NCBI RefSeq assembly: GCF_000150275.1
Contig: NW_002060947.1
Location: 3,712,980-3,776,979 of the forward strand
Direction: 5' to 3'
Length of the DNA: 64,000 nt
DNA from: Trichoplax adhaerens
Lineage: Eukaryota; Animalia; Placozoa
Position 1 is the stretch's first letter, and each line of letters opens with the position of its first letter. Made by a program: the position numbers and the translations under genes. Below, piece after piece: positions 54,823 to 64,000 of the stretch. Under the pieces are notes generated by a model that saw only the letters and a program-made list of their open reading frames with translations, was not told the DNA's origin and made no database searches.

Positions 54823-56292
54823 AAAGCTTGCGTTAGAAACTACTTCCATATCAAATACGCGTATATTGGCGTTAATCTCACTGTAATTTAACATGCTTCA
54901 TATCGCGATGCTTATTCGTTCATATTACGAATGAGCGTGAATAACTTTTATGTAGAATTATAAACGCCATAGGAAGAACTTTCTTTGATATGTTACCGTT
55001 ACATTGCGATACACAGTATATCACTTGGGCCATGAATTAATTTATCAACTGTATTATGCAGAGCCTATTGACTTCGTATGACACTTAACGTGATATCGTC
55101 GCTGAGCTGTATGCATAGTTTCTACCTTTCGAGCATGCAATCCTGCTGGTTGTCAATCTTATGATTCAATAAAAGCAATTATTGGTTTTCATAACGTTCT
55201 GGACTATTTAATATTTTTGCTCCTATTCTAGACTTACCAAGATAATAAGCATGTTCACTAATTAATACTAATATGCTTGTTCTATTTAGCTTTTAATTCG
55301 AATAATAAGAACTAAACCAAAAATAGGTACTATGTACCGTTTAAATTAGTAATGGACCTATACTTTAATACGAAATCGTCCAAAGATTCTATTTCATGTT
55401 ATTAAATATAATTATAATTATTGTAGGCGATCTTCCATGCCTGTCTAGTATGATCTAAGATCCGTTATGATTATCATGTTCATGCACGCTTTCAAATTAT
55501 TACAAAGCATTACTACATAAACCTGAATGTTATAGTGCTGTAAACAGGTAAACTTGAACAAGCTCTAAATCTGTGCCCGGCACTTGGAGAATCTTTTTCT
55601 CGTGATAATTCTGATTAAGCAACAACTAGTAAATAATCAAATTGTGCATATATTTTACTATATCAAATTCAATGCTTGTAATTACAATAAACAGCTACGT
55701 TATAAATTTTTCGTTATTGTTCTCCCATTGAGCACCACTTTCAGATTCCGTGAACTTTAGTTTTCATCATATGTTTAAAGTGATAAAATTTGGATCTTAT
55801 CGATAAAATTATACACCAATACATCAAAAACATTTTAGGCTGTAATAGCTCCTATGATGCATAATTAACGTTATATCAAAGTAAAAGCTAAAAAATATCA
55901 ATAATTGTAAAAATAAAAAGCAAAAGCAACGTGCAATACGCATTCAAAGGTCATATAAATATTGGATAGTTTCTGTATTTATGAGTAGAGAAACTATAAA
56001 TTGTAGCAATAAAAATATTGATATGTGTTAAAGCTACTGTACCCACATTGAAGGAGTAAGAGCTATTTTTCGGTTATTTTTCTAGTTAGATAAATGTACT
56101 GTACTTATAATATTACTAATGAACGTTTTATTATCCATAATCCCAGCAATCGTTTTTGTAAAGTCTTATTTATCTAACTTCATGCATCGCATGCTTTACA
56201 AATTTTTAAATTTAATTCGAACAGAAAACAATTGCAGCCCTAAGCCTGAACAATTACAGAAAAATAGTTCGTATAACATCAGTCCATTTAAC

Positions 56293-59200
56293 TTAACATG
56301 GATAAACCTTCTCTCGAATTCGATCTACGTCAACTTGCATAGTAACTCTCAATTTTTTTTCTTCGTCTATCTCTTTTCTTAATGAATTCACAGTTAACTC
56401 AAAATTTTTCCTCATTTGCTCTATTATATCCTGTAAACTCTTAATTTCAGCCTTCAACGCGGTAACTTCCTCCTGTTTCGCTTTAATATCACCCGTGAAT
56501 ATATTCTCAGATGTTTTGGCAAGTACGGGTTCTTTAATGGGTTGAGGAACTGAATAGCCTGAAGTACTTGAGGTACTTGAGGATAGTTTCGGTTTTCTTG
56601 GTGGCAATGTTTGTGATTTAATCTTTGCTTCCGTATTTGAAGTATCAACTTGCGGTGATCTCATTGGTTTCTAGTAGAAACATGTAAAGAAGTAAAGAAT
56701 GTAGTTATCTTGGCTAATTTTCATAGTTCTGTACCGAATATCTATGTCGAGAAAGTCTGATAAAGTATTACGGCTAAAAGATCAAATCTTATCAGCATCT
56801 GCAAATACCTGATAAACCATTGGCAGTAACGATAGCTGAAATATACTTAAATATTGATGCTATAATTTCGAAACGCACCTTCATAAACTTTGACCATGGA
56901 GGAAGATCTTGCTTACAATCACGATCATTTTCTTTCAATTTTTCAGAGGATTTTTCAACGCCGCTCAAAATAGGTCCTTCAGACTTTTCAGGCTTTTCAG
57001 GCTTTTCAGGCTTTTCAGGCTTTTCAGGCTTTCCAGGCTTTCCAGGCTTTCCAGGCTTTCCAGGCTTTTCGGGCTTTTCGAGCTTCTCAGGCTTCTCAGA
57101 ATCAGGTATAGACTTCTTAGACTTACTTGTTTCATCTTTCATACCATCGAAAACATCCTAGATATGGTATCAATTCAAACAGTACTTCAATTAGAAACAG
57201 TTTTAGCGCTTTACAGCAAATGATAAAGTAAGGTTAGTAAGTAGTAAGTGCCAACATAAAGATTTATTTCAAAATTCTGCGTTACTGCGATCTATACCGC
57301 TCTCCTTAAATTTCATGCATTTTAAATATATCTTACTAACATCGGTAACATCATTGTGAAGACTGCTTCTCGAAGGAGGAGTAGATTTTGCTTTCATAGG
57401 TCTACTTCTTGTCAGATTTGGCAATACGCTTATTTCATTCACATCATCAAAAGTGATATTGCCTAAGAATGATACATAGGCAGTATTTAGATAGTTATAA
57501 CTTTAAAAATGTATAATTCCTGTACAATAGTATCAGTAATACTGTACTGCCAAAGCTAATTGAATAACTTTCAAATAATGCACTATTATGATTACTGCAA
57601 GCATTGCAGCGCTTTTCCTTGGTAAGACAAGAGAACAATTAATCATCACCTTTATCTGAAGGAGGAGCCGCTAATGGAGTCCGAATAATATCTGATTGCT
57701 TGTATTCCTAAAGATAAAATCTCATAATTATTCTACTGTTCTATTAAATTTATACTTCTCAGATTGCAATGTTATGTTACACCTCAAGACGTAAATATTG
57801 CAAAATTTTGAGGATTTTTTAAGACGTATTCATAGGTTCACAGTTACAAAATGACGCACATTATCAGCCGCTTCCTCTACGATGACCTTTATAAAATTAT
57901 TCGGGAAAAGGCCTTCCTTTCCATTTAATGATCCCCTCCACCATCCCTCCATAGCATCTTCGTCAAGAACGGTAATAATATCACCTTCAGAAATGTCTAG
58001 CTCGTCTTCTCGTTCAGCTTTATAGTCGTACAGGCACTGGCATTCTTTCTTCTTCGATTTATCTACTATCAAAAGACATACTACTATTAATATTCTATAA
58101 CCATTTAACACAATTTAAACAGGAAAGATTTCTATTATGTAGAAAGCTAACAATACATGATCAAATATTTAGTACGTCCAATTCTTAATAACATTATAAG
58201 AAAATTATTTACCGGGAGGCCTACTCGGCACAACAGGCGTAGCATCCTAGAAATTAAATTTATAGTTAATTCAATTTAGAATAATTATAATAGATCAACA
58301 GTAATAACATAGTCGTTATAGCTGATACTCCTAGTAGTGCGTGCTATCTATAACATAGAAATAAACCACAGATTTAAATATCTAAATAAAGCATAAACAG
58401 TGGCACAGTATTATAAACAAAGTACTACGACCGGTTATTGTTACTGGATTTGATTTTACTTGTAAACAAAAGAGTAATCTAACGCTATACACACAACTCA
58501 CACATTCTAGCAATAATATAATATTTTGTTCATATCACACATATATTATAAGGACGGTATCGTACAATAACTAATATTGATTAGGATTTCTTAATACATT
58601 GATATGTACTATACAGTATATACTCGTACAGCACATTAATAGTATAAAGAAATATAATGCTGTAGTGAATACCTTCCTATCTAGCTCTTCTGCCCTCTGC
58701 TGTACTTTCTGTAGCAATGGACTACCCTTGGAGTCAGCAAAAATATTGCCAAAACCTGGAGTATTCAATTTACTTTTAGCTAAAATATTAAAGAAAAATT
58801 TAAAAAATCAACCCAAAGACCGTCATTTACTGTTTTGGTAGCATAAAAATTTATTATACAGATCTTGAAGAGAGATCATACATTAATTAAAGCTTCATGC
58901 TAATTTTTAATGTAAACACTATGTGTACATATGTGTACAGAATACTCCAAATGTAAAGAAACAAGTAATTATAATCAAAAAGTTTGGCACAACTAATATA
59001 AACATCTCCATCAAACTGGAAATCATTATAAGGATAGACTTTGAAATAACTATTTCTGTATTGCTTGAATCCTTTGGATGTAATCGGTGTATTACACATT
59101 GGTGAAATACGCATACATTTACAGCAGTCCATAAGAAAACTTACGGGGTTTTGCTGGTGGAGGAGGTGCAGGTGCTCGATCATGCTTTTTTACGAAGGTA

Positions 59201-59354
59201 GCTGGAAAAAGTCCAATTTTACCTCGGAGTCTTCCGATACACCAGTCTTCCGAGTCCCATTTGACAACACTTATAATGTCACCTTCCCTAAATGAAATCT
59301 CATCGTCATCTTTAGCATCATGGTCGTACTGTGCCTTGACTAAATCGCCAATAG
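56293..59354 (-). CDS. CIN85/CD2AP-like SH3 adaptor (SH3KBP1 family); first exon not resolved
   Basis: SH3 (VKAQYDHDAKDDDEISFREGDII..DWCIGRLRGKIGLFPATFV), a linker GFGNIF, a second SH3 (CLYDYKAEREDELDISEGDII..EGWWRGSLNGKEGLFPNNFI), PxxP segments and a CPI-like LPNLTRSRPMKAKSTPP. The C-terminal coiled coil is LRKEIDEEKKLRVTMQVDVDRIREKV. The exon starting at 59354 needs an upstream phase-1 exon. Confidence 0.85.
56983..57100 (-). repeat. Coding 9-bp tandem repeat encoding (KPE/KPG)n
   Basis: (ggcttttca)n(ggctttcca)n on the plus strand translates on the minus strand to EKPEKLEKPEKPGKPGKPGKPGKPEKPEKPEKPEKPEK. Confidence 0.92.
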
Positions 59355-60211
59355 CTAAAACAAGTAGAAAACCATTACTTGATAATTAAATACGTACACA
59401 ACTATCTTGATGAGTAGCTTAATGCAGAAAATATAAAATTAACATATTGCGTTTGGGCTTGTTACGAGACAAGTTATTAAGGAGAATGTAGTAAAAGTGC
59501 GTTTAAGACTAATTTTATTGTTAAAGCTACTAAAGTACGTACATATGCACACATCAAAATAATTTACATTATTACATATCAATATGAGAATGCCTACTCG
59601 TATATAGTTAACCTTTTAATCTTTTAATAAGCAAATCTATATCTATTGCTACAGTACATCTTCTGTCATACATACTCATAACAAATCATAATTAGTTATC
59701 ACCAATGCAATAGTTAACAATAATATAGACTCAATTGCTATAAGCGATAGTGCTACAACACAAAATTGCGAAATGTATCCTTTCGACTTAAAAAAATAAA
59801 AAATAATAATACAATCAAGGTTTACTATCTCCTAGCTTATGCTGCAAACTATTTCTAGGCTCGGCACAACCCAGCCATTTTAAACTTTGCTTTGTTTCTT
59901 CAAAAGTTGCTTTATTAAAATTAATCCTCGAATAATACTGTAGGTTGAAAACTGTTTTAGTACTGTACAGTATAATGCGGCACTCAGATTGCCATGACAC
60001 CATGACCATATTAACCAAAACACCTAGAAGCAACACAATTCTGATCCTACCATCACATCAATGCAGTGCCCATGATGCACGTAGAACTGTGAATTACTAG
60101 AAATGCTACGGTCAATAGATGTGCGTATGTACTAGGCAAAACAAGGCGCAGTGCTTTTCCTGACAAGATATGTTGAGTGTAGACTATATAAAGCGCACAA
60201 TGCATCAGTAG

Positions 60212-60515
60212 ACAGTTCCGGATGGTACCGAAAATAGCAAAGCCAATCACTTTACAGCAATACATTTAAGAATAATCCATTTACGTACTGTATTCATTAT
60301 TCCCTTTCTCCTTACAATCATTGCTAAGTATACTATACTGTACTATGGTATATCGAGAGAGAGAGAGAGAAACAGTTCCGGATAGCACCGAAAGTAACAT
60401 CAAGTCTATCACATAAATACAGTCAAGAATAATTAATTGATTACATCCACAATATACAGTATTAATGGATGATCTATTATTCATCTTTCTCTTACAATCA
60501 ATAATACTAAGTACG
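60212..60515. repeat. Diverged tandem duplication with an internal (GA)n microsatellite
   Basis: cagttccggat..accgaaa occurs at ~60213 and ~60373, each followed by aagaataat...ttattc...cttacaatca...ctaagta. A (GA)n run lies at ~60355-60370. Confidence 0.65.
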
Positions 60516-63500
60516 GGTATATTATACAGTACACTGTACTAATTAAGACTGATGAAATTTTAATATCAGTAAACTAAACTCGCGCGGTAGATCATCAAAT
60601 CTTAACGTAGTTTAGAATACAACAGTACAGGATACAAAGTTAGAGACGGAAGTGGCAACCTTTGGTCTAGACTAAAGTATTCATCTAATCTAGACATGTA
60701 CATTGTACAGTAGATAGTCATTAGAAACGGCTACGGTAACCGATCGAAAAAATGCAAGCCAAAGACAAATACATTTCTAATGATTAAGTATTCATTTGCA
60801 TGTTTGTTTCATCTTTCTCTACTGTTGATATATGAGTAATGTACTATAGAGATTGAAAAATTATCCAATCTTTTAAAATTGTTATTCAATTGAAATATGA
60901 GATGGCAAAACTGGCAGGAAAACTGAAATGTCCATGGTGTGCAGTATAGGCTGTACTGCATACTGTACTGTACAGTATGGTCGATGTTAACACACATTTA
61001 AAGTACTGTACAATCAGTACAGTACAGTACTTTAAATCTAAATCTACAGTACTGTACAGTATAATCAAGTACTGTACAGTACTGTACTGTACACTACAAA
61101 GTCGAACGCCCATCCCATCAGTCCGCAGCCGATCTTGTAGAGCTTTTTCCATTTTCAGGTAAAAAAACACAATGTCGAGGTAAAGCTACGGGCTGCATAA
61201 ACTAGATCGTATTTATACCTATCTTCTATGATAGAGTTCTACTCAATGTGCTGACTGGCACGCATAAAGCGAAGGCTGGTAGATTCACACAGAGGAAGCG
61301 AAAGCTATGAAATGCCAGTGTAGTATTTTGATTTAATTTCGGATATTAAATTATCATTTACAGATAGTTACGAAAACAGCCAAATCAATGTAAGATATCA
61401 CACAGTTGCATCTTTACTTAAGTAGGGTGTCAATGTGTAATGGTTAATAACTTTCAAAAATAAGAATATAAAATCATTGTCAATGAAGAACGATCTAGAA
61501 ATTTATAATCCGCGTACGGTTACAGATATACGTTTGTGAGCTCTAATGCTTGAACTCACATTTGCCCAGGCACCATTTCAAACTCTCTTTTATCCATTTA
61601 ACAAGATAGCAGTTGATCCATTTTTGATCGGATAGTGTACTATACTGTACTGTATACTATCAGCTCTACTCTAATTTATATAGGATATGATAATATGTCA
61701 ACATTTTGGTCAAAGAGATTGAAAGGAGTCAAAATAAAATGCATACGACTCGTAAAAACCAAGTCACGAACGAGTCCCTGCAAAGTGTCAATTTGGGGTA
61801 TTATTAAAACGGAAGTCAGTATCTTACCAAACATTTTCCTTATATGATGCCCAGCCTTTTTATTGAAAATAGACTATCGCTGTCCAAGCTGTTGTGATCT
61901 AGAACTATTGCTACAATGAATTATACAGTTTTCGACTTTTTGATACTAAAATTGGACTTGAATGAATTGGATAGGAACCTCCACCGCTGTTGATTTTAAT
62001 CAACCAGAAGCCAGTGGGCGATCCACAAAGTCTGCAGTCCCTTAACCAACGATATTGTTGTACTAAAATACGAGACTAGACAAGGCAAAATACGCCACGG
62101 GTGCAAAGACTGTAACATTGATATAAGTTTGTATCAGACTACAATACAGTACTGTACAACGTACTGTATAGACATACTGTATACAGTACTTTTAGTCACA
62201 CTAGTACTGCCGTCGCTTTGCTGACGGTTTACGATAATGTGCCCATTTGTTAATAATTAATAGATAGTATTAACCATGTGATAATGTATCCATTTGTTAA
62301 TAATTAATAGATAGATAGTATTACCATGTGATAATGTGCCCCATTTGTTAATAATTAATAGAGATAGTATTACCATTGATAATGTGCCCATTTGTTAATA
62401 ATTAATAGATAGTATTACCATTCGACATTATATCTATCTACACTTTTACAGTACTGTACATGTACAACGTACTGCATACTGTACACTTGTACAGTACAAT
62501 ACAGTACTGTACTTTTAGCCACATTACAGTACAGTACAGCGTATGTACAGTGTAAAGTACTGTAATATCTCGGTCGGCGGAGCGACAGACGTTTTAGCTA
62601 GTACAGTAATGTACAGTAATTAATTCATTACTAACCCTAACTATCGCGGCCTACAATGACGTCTCAACTGTGCGCTGGACTAACAACATCATTCGGCTTA
62701 CAAAAATACTACTTTGGTATGTCTGTCAGGGACTACTCAAGAACAAATTTTACCTCTCAACTCCTTCTCCACATTCCCCGCTGTTCCCAACTACAGTACA
62801 GTACAGTATTACATGCTGTAATATTGAAAGGGGTCTGTCTGTACGTCTGTCTGCCCGACAGACTTATTACTAATTAATTATTAGCACTTGATTACGCTTA
62901 TCCAGTTTTATGTAGTCTGTAGTCTGTACTATGTATAGTACTGTACTAGTCTCAATTTGTACCATCTGTACTAGACTACTAGAAGCAGACCTGGACTGAT
63001 CAGTAATTTTAAATTAAATTAAATTAAATTAATTAATTAAATAAATTAAGAAATATCGAAAAATAGCTACTTAGTATGGATCTTTCGTGTCTGTTTTCTA
63101 ATCACTGGTACTAATTTTAATACCATTTACGATCTTATACGACTGTTTCTAAGCAGAATTTACTCACGGATAATAAGATTTAACGTAATATTACTTCATT
63201 TCGAAAAATGAGTCTCTATCAAATCGATCGTTTGCATACTAAAGTACTGTCATACCCAAGTGCTTGGAAAAATCGTCTATCTTGACGAGATGACAAGAAT
63301 GGGAACTCCCCTCTCTTAGAAGCAGACCATGTTATGCCGCACATACTGTAAGTACTACTAGTAAGTACAGTACAGTATTGCCCATTACAGTTCAGTACTG
63401 GGCAGTCTGGTACATCACAGCCATGGTATATGGACCTCTAGAACGATTACAGTTACTATATATCTGTACTGGATAATAATTTCACTTCACTACCGCCATG

Positions 63501-63975
63501 AACGTCTTGTTCAATGTTCATTTACCTGTACTTGCAGATTTCAGGTAGAAATGGCCTACCCTGAGTCCTTCATACAATGTACTGTACTGTACACTGTACA
63601 GTACTGTACATCAGTAATACTACACCTACAGTACAGTATTGTACAAGACACTACTGGAAGACCGCTGACTACACTAGTAAAATTCTCAAATTTCAGTTGT
63701 CCATGCTACAGTACTACTGTACCGTACACTGTACTGTACAGTACACTTATTAGGCTACAACCAAATATAGAATTTATCTAGTTTGGGCCTGATTTAGCCT
63801 ATACAATTATATGTTTTCGGGGTGCCATCGAAAATAATCACACTTGTACTGTACAGTGTACAGTACATTAGGCCCAGCCATTCTATTACGTACAGTACTG
63901 TATAACCCCGATTACCCAGATACTCAGCGTAAATATACTCTACTGAGTGTACAGTACAGTACTGTACAGTGTACA
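60310..63975. repeat. Multiple (GTACW)n arrays upstream of the SH3 adaptor gene
   Basis: Blocks at ~60950-61095, 62140-62210, 62445-62620, 62790-62980 and 63340-63975. Confidence 0.85.
62233..62422. repeat. Minisatellite, 4 copies of a 45-50-bp unit
   Basis: GATAATGTGCCCATTTGTTAATAATTAATAGATAGTATTACCAT(G)T units start at 62233, 62280, 62330 and 62378. Confidence 0.95.
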
Positions 63976-64000
63976 TTAATTAATTTCAGAGGTTAACCCG

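Noticed and set aside
56820-57223. Plus-strand ORFs (FSGFSG / RLFRLF repeats)
   Set aside because: They are antisense shadows of the KPE/KPG coding repeat.
59775-59783. GTATCCTTT U12-like donor on the plus strand
   Set aside because: It is antisense to the resident gene, with no plus-strand exon evidence.
62233-62422. CRISPR-like array
   Set aside because: The units are contiguous with no unique spacers, there are no cas genes, and the context is eukaryotic.
62631-62641. Telomere-like TAACCCTAAC
   Set aside because: Under two units; a chance match.
63007-63048. (AAATT)n run
   Set aside because: Ordinary AT-rich low-complexity sequence.
63784-63876. 10-bp imperfect inverted termini (TGGGCCTGAT/ATTAGGCCCA) as a MITE
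   Set aside because: Too short, no TSD, single copy in the window.

Overview
AT-rich (roughly one-third GC by eye), gene-dense eukaryotic DNA with many short (~70-150 nt) GT-AG introns. The proteins look metazoan, and the compact architecture suggests an early-branching animal such as a placozoan (Trichoplax-like); that assignment is an inference and was not verified. Ten protein-coding genes were reconstructed by hand: CEP97(-), CDC40/PRP17(+), intronless SAP18(-), an uncharacterised STI1/DP-domain gene(+), RPL13A(-), Sestrin(+), cytosolic aspartyl-tRNA synthetase DARS1(-), listerin LTN1(-), TIMM13(+) and a CIN85/CD2AP-like SH3 adaptor(-, 5' end unresolved). Eight of them form four head-to-head pairs. 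The most striking unexplained signal is a strand-symmetric degenerate pentamer array, (GTACW)n (TACAG/CTGTA). It is dense in every divergent promoter region and only scattered in convergent intergenic regions. Other points of interest are a U12-type intron in CEP97, a Sestrin with an altered leucine pocket and three perfect ATF4-type elements, an 82-nt near-perfect hairpin, and several local tandem duplications. No tRNA, rRNA, CRISPR array or transposase ORF was recognised. Exon boundaries were read manually and may be off by a few nt.
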